From: Trichinella spiralis
Lineage: Eukaryota
Direction of reading: 5' to 3'
DNA length: 64,000 bases
Assembly (NCBI RefSeq): GCF_000181795.1
Contig: NW_003526941.1
Span: forward strand, 9,867,057-9,931,056
The notes under the pieces were generated by a model. That model did not search any database and was not told the DNA's origin. It saw only the letters and a program-made list of their open reading frames with translations. Shown here in pieces: positions 52,016 through 63,139 of the stretch (position 1 is the stretch's first letter; the number at the start of each line of letters is the position of its first letter). Position numbers and translations under genes: made by a program.

Positions 52016-52422
52016 TAAACGCTGCAATTTGGGAAAACTGCCAAAAACTCGACTCTGAAAGTTATTTAAAAATGCAAAGCTCTCCGAGTCGTGTTTTTTG
52101 CACTTTTCCCATATTTGTGATAATTCACGAGCAAAACGTTTTCACTGCTGACCGCATTTCTTGAGGCTAGCGGATAAAAAATATTAAATGAAAACATGCA
52201 GTCATGAAAATAAATAAAAGCACATCTTTCCCTGTACTTAACGCTGCAATTTAGGAAAACTGCGAAAAACTCGACTCTGAGAGTTATTTAAAAATGCAAA
52301 ACTCTCTGAGTCGTGTTTTTTGCACTTTTCCCATATTGGTGATAATTCACGAGCAATGTTTTCATTGCTGGCAGCATTTCGCGAGGCTGGTAAATGAAAA
52401 ATATTAAATCAAATATGCAGTT
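52016..52422. repeat. Tandem dimer (222-bp period), each unit carrying a ~90-nt hairpin
   Basis: Hairpins at 52026-52115 and 52248-52337; ~38-bp ungapped stem with a 14-nt loop. Confidence 0.85.
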
Positions 52423-52689
52423 AATCATGATGATGAAGTCTATATGCTATTAACATTGCATTGTTTGTTCATAATTCATTGGGATCAGGAGAATGAACAG
52501 AAAGAGCCCAGTCGTAAAGAGATCTGTACTTAAATTTAAACATAAAATTTATTCTTTTGATACTTACTGCAACAGCGGGACGCTCTCAGCTCTTCAAAAG
52601 GGCTTTCGCCATCGCCACTATTCAACAGTCTGTCAGGAGAACAGTATACTTTAACAAACTCCTAAATAACAATATTTACTGTATGTTAT

Positions 52690-53250
52690 ATAATAATTTT
52701 ACTTACGTTTTTTCTTATGAGCTGAAAGAAAAAAATAAAAACCTTGCTGGCACACCGCGAGATGGGGAAGGTACCACGTCTTCCCTGGCGTACTTGATGC
52801 CAGTGCTTCCTCAGCCCATTCGCTGTCAAGCTACGACAGCATGCGCTTGTGTAGTCCTTGTCAAGTCGGACCTCTCTGCTAAGCTGCTTTTCCAAAACTC
52901 AGTATCGTCTTATCGCTGTCCCGTAATTGTTCGGCAGGCTGGCCATGCCTGATTTCCACAGCAGTCCCACAAAGTACCGGATTCCATCAAAGAATAAGGA
53001 TTCTTTGAATTGCCGCTTCATTTCAGTCTGTCCGGACTCTGCCTCCGGAGGGAGAATACTGATTCCTTCCAGTTCCAAAAGCTTCCGGTGGATCGCGTTC
53101 AGATGATCGTTCGTTTCGGCGCAGTGGACCCTGAAGTTGTCTCCTTGACGTATAACGACTAAGTGGATCAGATTCGTAGAGAAACAGCAATGCGAGAGAA
53201 CCGACAAGAGGGAGAGTCTGGAATGAATGTGTAAATTGAGGAGGCATCAT
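52690..53250 (-). mobile_element. BEL/Pao retrotransposon pol fragment
   Basis: ELEGISI...FKESLFFDGIRYFVGLLWK...LPNNYGTAIRRY..MEKQL matches the BEL/Pao pre-RT motif (GRY.V.LPWK...LPNN...A..RL); interrupted by stops. Confidence 0.8.
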
Positions 53251-55946
53251 TTATACGCTTTAAAGTGGGGTAGTAGGTCGGGACGCTCAGGTACACTTGT
53301 GTGCTGTAGTAGTCCCTATACAGAGCATTGCAGAAATAAAAATTCACAGCAAAACTCAAATTGAAAATTATGCAACGACCGAAAAACTACGGGCTCGCTC
53401 ATTGGTGATAGTATTGGAATGTAATTTACATACTGTGCGTAATTTGCATACCTACTAAGCGAAAAATGTGCACTTGCCATATTTATCAACGGAGATGGAT
53501 AAAATAAAAATTTGCATGCGAATACGTTCGATTTAATGCAAATAGTTTGAGTTTTCCTGACTATACGTAGGATTTTCTGGAAAACTGTAAACTTTAACAA
53601 CTTCTAAATAACGCCGGTAGTGAAATATCTTTTGAAGAACTGAAAGCGTCCCTCTATTTAAGGAAGTATCAAAAGAAATAAGAAATGATGAATAGATTTT
53701 TTCCTTCAACAGATAAACGAATTCTAGCATTTCCTTGTTGGCATAGTAATTTTGTTGAAGATTTAATTGTTACTGCATTGTTTAAGATGATTTTGTATGA
53801 TTCGCATACCGTTGGTTCCTAGTGTGCATACCATAGAATTTTATTGGTTACTCCCGTTAGAGTATTTTACGTGAAAATTTTATAACTTAAAAACTAACTC
53901 ATTTTTCTTTAAAAAAGATTTACATAAAAGAAAACAATCTTATTATTTTCCATTTTAATATACATTCAAATTTAAGTACAGATAATTTTCGATTTAACAT
54001 TGAGTTCTGTTTGTTCTCCTGACCCTAATGAATCATATGAAAAAACAGGCGATGTTAATAACATTTAGATTGCTAATCATCATGATTTAGTTAGTGCTCA
54101 TGTTTGACTGTATATTTTGATAATTTGCTCCTTGTAAATTTGGTGAATTGTTTAAAATTTTCATTCGCATAGTCTGCGTTCATTTGACTTCTAAAGTACG
54201 ATGCTCTAGCTACTGTTGCTGTCGAAGCAAGCGATTACCATGTACATCCTTGCAGAAGCTAAAAAGTGAACGTCAGGTGTTTGTTGCTGATTGATAAACA
54301 GAAATACAATATTTTACCAGCAATGTCGTCACAAAATATGTTCCTCTGTCATCATCTGGACAAGCCCAATCAATTGCTGAGCGTCAAAATTTTCTATTCC
54401 AAAGATCAGATGCTGTGTGAGATAGTTGTGCTGAAGCGGCTGAATCAAGATGACGATTTTTCTACAAATGGGAACGCTGTTCAACGATAGCGATAAAAGT
54501 TGACAGGCTGAAAATGGATAAATATAAATAGAATAAAAATAGTAAAACTTTGAATATGAGAAAACTGACCATTAAATTAAAAAGTAACCAAAATTCGACA
54601 AATAGCACCCACTACAAATAGTAATCGGTGAAAGTTAGTCGGCTTGAAAACCAATGAAATTTATAACCAATCAAACTTCGATGCGGCATGCCTTTGAGGG
54701 TTGGCAATATTTGAAATGAGAAAAGCACAAATCATTGAACAAACTACATAACTTTGAAAACATTTGAAGCTTTTTGCCCAACTAATTGGAAACATTTTCA
54801 CATGTACGTGTGCGTCGAATAGGAATATATTATTGTATTTTGAAGAATATGAAAATTTTAAATTGCATCCATGTATTTTCATGTCATTTTAATTAAAAAA
54901 ACATTACATATATTTGTTCATTTTCTTTTTTACCATCAATATGATTATAAAAACTCTACATAAACTTTATTTACATAATTCAAAATGTTATTTTAAAGGC
55001 ACATCTTTTACATTTGTGCCTTTTTCAATAATGATTAAAATTTACGCTTTAACTTATTTACGGCAATTTTGAATAACAGTTTGAAATAATAAACTCATTA
55101 TAAGACGAAATAGTTATGAAGTAAAACAAGAAATTTGAGATAAATATCATAATCATATTAGCTATAATGATCGTCTAAAAAATGAACCAAACAAATATGT
55201 ACACACTGTGTATCATTGAATGCTGAGTATAAAGTCGCTAAGTATTTCATTTTAAAATGAAAAATATGCAAATGAACAGTGTCAACATGCAAATAGTCAT
55301 GTGGTTGTTAATACAGCGATCTCCAGAAGATGCCAATTAGCGTGATCGAACCAGTTTAAGTATTTACTAAAAACTGCATGTTCAACGCCATTTTTTCTAG
55401 GAAAATTGGAAAAACATAGGACATGCAAAAAAATTAATAATGAAGTCGCATATTTGAAGAACGCAATAATTTGGAGAGTAAAACAATTCGCGATATAAGG
55501 ATATGAAAAAATAAACAATAATAAAAAATACTGGTATGGGTAACTCGTTTTAAGATATTTGAAAATAAAAATACTCGTTAAAACAATTATAAAATGACAA
55601 AACCTGTGCATATGTGTATAAATAAACTTGCTCCTGTCGCATTATCGAATGATTTTTGATAGGCAAATAAATTCATGTTGTTAGCGGAAAAAAATTCATT
55701 CTTTTCAAAAAATGTACTAAACGTTAAAAGGGTATTAAATGAAAAAAATACATGAAAGAAATTAAAGAAACCTCCCATTTTCTTCGCTCCATGACATCTT
55801 AGATGAAAATTTCATTTCATTTTCCACTGCTTTGTGTAATTATTGTTGTCTGTTTACGCGAACATTCATATTCTACTTAAGCTAAAGTCTATTAAACAAG
55901 AACTTACTTTTGCATAATTATCGTTAATGTAATCGTAATATTATAT

Positions 55947-56356
55947 TGTAGCGGACGCAGGTCGACGCGCAACAATTATTGTATTTGTACGAACTGTAGA
56001 GGAAGAAAAAAAAATTAGCTACCGTAAACAGATTGAAACTTGAAGATCACGGAAAAATTACGGTGTGCGGGTGTTGGCAGCCAGTGAAGTGATATAGTGG
56101 GTTTTTGACGTATCGATGGCAGTCTTTGTTAGTATTTGAAAATGAATATTGTACTTTATATCTGTCTTTTGGATGCGAGAATTCATTGGAGAAGCGCGAA
56201 CTCGTGAAAGGGGGCAGCCGGGGCCAGCAGTAACAGGACGGACAGCACGGCCAAGGAGACGTACCCGTCGGCCGACTCTGCTGCGTCGTCGCCTAGCGAT
56301 GACCTTGGCAGCAGTCCGGTTGGGGCGAGCGAAGCCATGGAGAGTTGCTCGTTACA
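55947..56356. mobile_element. Solo LTR with a 4-bp ATAT target-site duplication
   Basis: 410-bp GC-richer island bounded by TGTA...TTACA and flanked by ATAT on both sides. Confidence 0.7.
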
Positions 56357-56799
56357 ATATATAAAAAGGTTCGGTTTAGATATGTTAAAGGAAGAATTTT
56401 TTTATCAGAAAATAAATGCCTTAAAGCGCATTTCTATATTTCAGGATTTTCAACGATTATTTTCTATGTGAAAGCAATTTTTTATTTAAACTAGCATTGT
56501 TACAGTAAGAAATTATTGTGCCTACTATTCTTTAAAATTACCGTAGTATTTATTCGTTAGATTGACATGTGCGTTATTGTACTGTTTTTGCCTATTTGTG
56601 AAATTTGAAATTTCGATATGAATAAAGTATTAGATATGATTATGTTTCATGGTCGTTTTAAGCCATTTGCATTTTATTCAACAATTTGTACTTTTTCTTT
56701 TCATAATTTTATTGTTTTGTTTAATTGCTTTTATCAGAATATTGATTTTGCTTTTCACTATTCTAAACTCACTGTTTAGTGACAGGACACGATGTGCTT

Positions 56800-57092
56800 A
56801 TGGATGGAATGAAAAGTTTATCGCCAAAGTGTGATCGGCTGAAACAGTTGTACGAAAGTTGCTTCAACAAGTGGTTTGCAGAACACTATTTAAAAGGTGA
56901 TAATAGTGATCACTGTCAGCCCCTGTTCAGAATTTATCAGGAGTGCGTAAAGCAAACTCTTCTTGAACATCGTATTGATTGGTCTGAAGTGGAACAAAAC
57001 ATTATTGATACAGAACGGGACAAATCTTATTCTACAAAGGTTTTTCTTGAAAATTTGAAAACTGGCAATTATTTTTTGCTTTTCGTTTTTTA

Positions 57093-57130
<38 letters not shown>

Positions 57131-57174
57131 TGTTTGTTTATATGAATTACTTTCAGAATGGAAAACAACGATAG
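56800..57174 (+). CDS. TRIAP1: TRIAP1/Mdm35 twin-Cx9C-type mitochondrial protein (exons 56800-57039, 57157-57174)
   Basis: MKSLSPKCDRLKQLYESCFNKWFAEHYLKGD...CQPLFRIYQECVK. The first in-frame stop is at 57172-57174, inside MED10. The start could be 56800 or 56809. Confidence 0.88.
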
Positions 57175-57595
57175 TAGCAGTACTGGCTCACGTTTTGATA
57201 ATCTGGAACAATGTTTAGAGAGTTTTATCGAAAATTCAAGACAGCTTTGCATGGTAGCTAGTGATTTTCAGGCTTCCAGTCAAACGGTTCTCAATCAGAA
57301 AATACAGGCTGTTCTCGGAGGTCTTCAAGAACTGAGTGCTAAACACAGCAAATTTAACGATATCAAAATTCCCGTTGAACTGCTTGATTACGTCGATGCT
57401 GGAAAAAATCCTCAACTGTACACAAAAGATTGCATAGAGAAAACTTTGATACGTAATAAAGAAGTAAATGGGAAAATTGAACAATACAAAAAATTCCGGG
57501 CTTGCTTACTGAATGAGCTGACTGATTTATTTCCAAAAGAAACAATACAGTACCGCACAATTCGGGAAGATGATCCTGCTGCAGGACGACCATAA
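57158..57595 (+). CDS. MED10: Mediator subunit 10
   Basis: LEQCLESFIENSRQL...DFQ...IPVELLDYVDAGKNPQLYTKDCIEKTL..N..VNGKI. Confidence 0.95.
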   Translation: MENNDSSSTGSRFDNLEQCLESFIENSRQLCMVASDFQASSQTVLNQKIQAVLGGLQELSAKHSKFNDIKIPVELLDYVDAGKNPQLYTKDCIEKTLIRNKEVNGKIEQYKKFRACLLNELTDLFPKETIQYRTIREDDPAAGRP

Positions 57596-57647
57596 TTTTT
57601 TTTGTATCCAAACGGTTTGTGACGTGTTTAAAAAGAATAAATAAATT

Positions 57648-59332
57648 TCAAGAAAGTAAATTTTGATTAAAATCATAAGGTGAAAATAAAGAACGAAATT
57701 TCAACGCTAAAGCAGTCTCTTCTTCAACAGAAAGTGCACATTGACGCCAGTCGATCCTTTCAGGACAGTTGAGCAAATCTTTGTTTGTCAAAGCTTCGCG
57801 TGCGAACTGTACAGGAAATTGTTTCATACGACGCACAAACAATCGTTGACCATAAGGTAATTCGGCATAAAAATATGGACAACCAGGTGAAGCAATATCA
57901 CCCAAGGAAACATCTTCCGACAATTCTGCCATGTCGACACCGTGATTGGCTGCGGCCTGTATAAAACACTGACGAACCAACATCGATTTCGAATTTGCAA
58001 TCGGTACAGCGTGCACTTGTAAATGCTGAGTGCGGTAATTGCGTTCAAAAAATATGACAGTGCGATCTTGGGCGGCGAAAAATTTCCGCAATGATTCTTT
58101 GTATTTTTCTATATCTTCAAGAACATCATCATCTGCTTCGACCATTGACTGTATATGACCAATAGGTGTGATCAAGAAATGATCGTCGCACAGACCACCT
58201 TTGGTCAGTGACAAATAAGCGCTGTCGCCGATAGAAATTATCAAATGCTTTTGCACCTCTTCACTGGACAAGCAAAACCAACATGGGCCAATGTTCACTT
58301 TCTTCTGTGGCACTGCTGTGCGAAATCTTTTCTTCGAATTACTAAAATCAAATAAGTCATTTAGAATATTTTTCCTTTTGAAAATAATACATACGAGTTT
58401 CGATTGTCAACAGCAGATGCTTCAGCTTGGGCCATGTCGAAAAAAAATTGCTTCGTCGTTGGGATAGAATGATGGGCCTTTCGTTTGCGAATATTTATTT
58501 TATTTTCCAATTCCTCCAAAACTTCCGCATATGGGAATTCAGTAGTATTGGCTGGCAAATCGATCAGCTGACTGCGAACCATATGTTTCATCGGTACGAT
58601 GTTAAATGCGAATAAATATTTCAATTTCTGCGGATTACCATTTCTAGCCAAGCCGATAAATCGTGTAGGATGACAAGTTTGCTCCTGGAGCATTTTGTGG
58701 TTCCTGTACGGAGGACGCTCGTAATGGCACCCGGTGTTTGCGGAAAAATGATATCTTGGCTTCAAAGCGGCTGCCAATTTGGAAACTAATGCTGAACAAT
58801 TCAACTCTTCATCTTCAAACAAATCTGGAATATATGAAGAATTCTTTTCCACGCCAAGTGGCCACTGACTAGTCAGTAAAATGTCCACTCCGATGAAATT
58901 CGCTCTGGCCGTAGCTTGACCAATCAAACTATCGACCGTCTCAGCGCTGAAATGTGTCTCATCTTCGTATTCAGCTTCCGTGCCACTAAGATAAGCAATT
59001 GTCAAACCAGATGCACTAGTAAATATACCTTTTTTTCCGAGATAAATTAAATTGTGCCCCAATTCTGTTCCGGCTTCAGTACGGTAATTGCGAACGCTAT
59101 CCACTTTAAGCGGACCCAATATGTAAGTGGGAATGGTGCACCGAAGTTCTCCATTTAAAACACGGCGATTCTCTTGCAAATCAGCGCCAAAAAATTCTCC
59201 ACAGACGAGCATCATTTCAAAAGTTCCAACTTTACGTAATACTTGTTCCATTCGTACCCAAAGATTCACAAAATTACCATCTACATCACCACAGACCAAT
59301 ATACGTTGTTGATAGGGCTGTAAAAGTGACAT
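57648..59332 (-). CDS. CWF19L1: CWF19-like 1 (Dbr1-associated metallophosphoesterase-like plus CwfJ domains), exons 59332-58395 and 58341-57648
   Basis: ILVCGDVDG, GVDILLTSQWP, LKPRYHF, YERPPYRNH, TRFIGLA, CWFCLS, FFERNYRTQHLQVH; a 53-nt phase-2 intron. Confidence 0.95.
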
Positions 59333-59540
59333 TTTCAATCTCTTTTCGATCAGCAAAATAAAATATCTGTAAAATGAACATTATTTCGAAATCAAATTGT
59401 AAATAAAAATACAAAATGCAGTATGAATAGTTATATTTCAAACTAGCATCGTAACACAATTTTACAATAAAAGTACAATACTTTTACTCATATCGAAAAT
59501 ATCGCTTTTAAATTAAAATTTATTATTTACATTAACAAGA

Positions 59541-60944
59541 TTAATCGTGTTCATCTTCATTTTCACCAGGACAGCTTTCAAACATATCATCTTCGCCTAA
59601 AAAATGCTCATCAGTAAAATAAATAAATAAACAAATAAATGTCTGAAAATTATCGCAGAGAAGAAACAATTAGACTTCTCTCAAAGCTTTTCAACTGTTA
59701 TAGGCTGAGCTGCTATGGAACTTTGCGAAGTCTAATTTCACAAAATTTACATCGGACAGCCAGATAATTAACTTTAAATTTACATGCTTAAATTAAACAA
59801 ACAAATAACTCACTTTGATAATGAACGCAACACCAAATGCAATAATTATATTTTGCACGGAGATACATTTTCAGTTCATCCAATCGTCTGCAAAGAACAC
59901 TTTCTGGCAATTCTACATGCGCTTTCTCTTTAACAGTATCATCTTCATCTTCTAAACCATCTTTCTTTTTAACCGCAAACCAAGGCCAATACCAATTCTC
60001 CAAAGGCGTAGCGTCCGAATCCTAAATAAATGATAAAATAATTGAAGATTTTCTGCTTTAAAATACTTAATTCAAAGATTTATAATGCTAGATTTGTGCT
60101 AATATAAATAAATATTTTTGAACTTTGAGAAAGTTCATAAATCAAATGAACTTTTGTTTTCACGGCGACAAATAGCAACCACAAAACGATGCAATATCAT
60201 GTAAGCTGAAAATTAAATAAAACATGAAAGTTGAAAAATATCAAACTTACACTAGAGATATCCAAGTTGTAACACGTCTTCTGGGCTGCAGAAAATGTTT
60301 TAACTAATGACTGGTAATTTGAACGTTTTCTATTCCTAAAGAATTAATTAAAAAAATAACAACAAGTTTTCAAAAAGTTTGTTTCACATGTAAACCATAA
60401 TGTAAGAATTAGACAATAATAACTATATAATAATGATAATAAACCTCTCTTTGTATTCTTTATTTAAACGTTCTTTTTCTCTACGCATCACTTCAGCCAT
60501 TTCTTTAGCTCTTTTAGCTTCTTCATCTTCATGACCAAGACCCATACGGTCATTTTTAAGAACTAACTTGAGTGGTTCCTTTAAATGCTCGTTTGCTTTA
60601 TGTAATTCAGAATTACTGGGTCGTTTACCAAGAGCTGATCCCGGAGTAAAACCCATTTTTTTGAGCATTAAAAAACCTTTGTTCCGTTCATCTATCGCTG
60701 TCTCCAAAGCGGTTTCTCGTAAAACTCGTTCTCTTTCACCAGATTTTAATTGTCTGTTTTGCAAATCCGCAGTGACCTTAGCATTTTCAACTTTGTAACG
60801 CTTAGCAACACTAGCTGCAACTATTCCCGGACGAACATCAGCACTTAAAAACGAAATGATAACATTTATAAAAATAACTCTACAATAAAAGTGTTACCAT
60901 TTTGCTAGAATGCTTTCTGACATGTAATCATCTTCATCATCCAT
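59541..60944 (-). CDS. GPATCH11: G-patch domain protein 11 (CCDC75), multi-exon
   Basis: MDDEDDYMS, G-patch NKGFLMLKKMGFTPGSALGK...GLG, YLRAKYNYCIWCCVHY, and a terminal CPGENEDEHD*. Confidence 0.9.
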
Positions 60945-63139
60945 TATTAAATTTCTTTACGATAAAAATTTGCTATAAGCTCAACATTACAATTGATCGG
61001 TAAATTATAGTATAAATTAATCTGATAATCAAGAATCAATTCTAAATTTCATTTTGGAACAGATTATTTTTTTAACTTTTACAATTACATTTATCATTTT
61101 GGTTAATTCCTGATTAAGTAATTTACTTTAACAGCTTTGTTTGAATTATTCTCTTTATATACATTTGAAATTACGAAAGTTGAAGGTATTATTTTACAAT
61201 AAAATATTTTTTTTGAAAATTTGTATTAAAATATTATTAAATTTATTTAATAAATGCATTTTAATTATTAACCATACTTAAATTAATTTAAATAACTTGT
61301 TAGATTTCAGAAAAACTGAAATTCTTTTATTATTATTGTTAAGAAGAAATCTTTTCTCAACAATTATTATTATAGATTATTTATTTCTGAAATTATAAAA
61401 AAATATAATAGTGTATTATATATATTTTTTTCATTAGAGAAAATTTTTTAAGAACAATATCAACAGTATATTGATAATGCATAGAAACAAGTAAACAATT
61501 TTATGGAAAAAGTATGATAGCGAAAGAAAATATTTTTGTTGTTGATTTGCGTTTAAGCAATCATGAATTATAATGTAGTTATTGTAAAATGGAATGGTGC
61601 ATTGTTATTACATAAAATGGCTAAAAATGTACTGATTGTAGCTGAATTATTAAACGACAAATGCACACTGTAGGTGATTTTGAAATTTCCAAGATACGAA
61701 AGTGAGTGGTAAACTTTATTGCAATTAAAACAAAACTCTTGATGTACTTTAATACGTCAAATGTATTATAAATTCATTAATCTTTTTTATTTATGGATTG
61801 AAATATTTTGTTAATTTATTATGCATGCTGTCATGCGTTTAAAATGTTTACCAGTTAGCTGAAATAGAAGTTAGTTTTTATTTGGTGATTAAAGTTTTGT
61901 TATTATAATTTATTTCATGATTTAAAAAAAATTATTTTATTATACACTACAGGAAAGTGGGTTTCTTGTGGTGAACAGGAAATTCAAGCTGACTGAATAT
62001 GCCTTAATTAATTATAGAATGACAGTCTTAGTCCTAGTCAAATATAAAAACCACGCCATTCTGAGGCTTCCTAGAGAGCTGTGTAAAAATTGTATAGGTT
62101 TGCCAATTTGACTTGACAACAATATGGATTTTTGTTTCTGTGCAAACAACTACATGATATTTATAAGCAAAAGAATTCAGTTTTCCTTTCAACCTGATCC
62201 GAGTATTTGTCAACATTCATTACAATGAAACAATTATTTTTTCAAGGACATGATTGTTTTCTTTCTTTTTTTAATGATCGAAATCGGTTGTATAAATCAG
62301 TTTCGTGATGGTACATTTTCACTGTGGTTTTTAATTCTGTTTTTTTCATAACAAACAATTTTGATAACGTTAGAATTTTCCAGTGTTGCTGATTGAAACG
62401 GAGAAGGTATTGAATTTTTGCTTGTTTATTTACAGTTGAAAGCACAACTGTTGGAGTTGTCACAATTGATCCACATACTGTAATTGTTATTATTGATTTT
62501 CAGGTATAAAGTGTACAGTGGAAAACGTCAAACGTTGAAGATTTGTTGAATTATTTGAATTGCGATTGTTTGTCGAATCGGATTTTCACTGCTTCGAACA
62601 CAGAAAAGCACTGTATCACGAGTGTATTGTCGGAATGAGCTGTGCGGAAAGTTGAAATGAGGATGTTCGAAAAGTATTCAGGTGTTTGAAAGTCAACTCG
62701 TTGCTATAAATTGCAGCAACGAAATGTTTTGTTTACGTGATATGGATTGATAATCGGCGCTGTTTATCAACAGTATTTTGTTCAAAGTTGCATTCACCTG
62801 CACGAGTGTTGTTGATTTGCGCGATGTTTATATATTTTTAAAATTTTCGTTTCTCTTTTTTATGCCAACAGCAATAGTTTTTTTATGTTTTGTTTTCAGC
62901 TCTGTGTGCAAATCGAATGTTTGAATCGTTAAAACGAACTGCTTCGAAAATCTCCACGAGAGAAATGGACGAAATGTGCACTGCATTCGTATGCAGAAGA
63001 GAAGTGGATGTTTTTGGTGCTTTATTTAAATTGACCTTTGAACAACGCGTTTGAAAACAAATTACAGTGTTATCGTGGTGTTGATTGGTTTTTTTTCGAT
63101 TTAATTTGATCCAATTTGTCTCTTGGGCAGAAAAAAAAT

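Noticed and set aside
54160..55790. Exon-like minus-strand segments
   Set aside because: Frames close with stops and no coherent model or homology was found.
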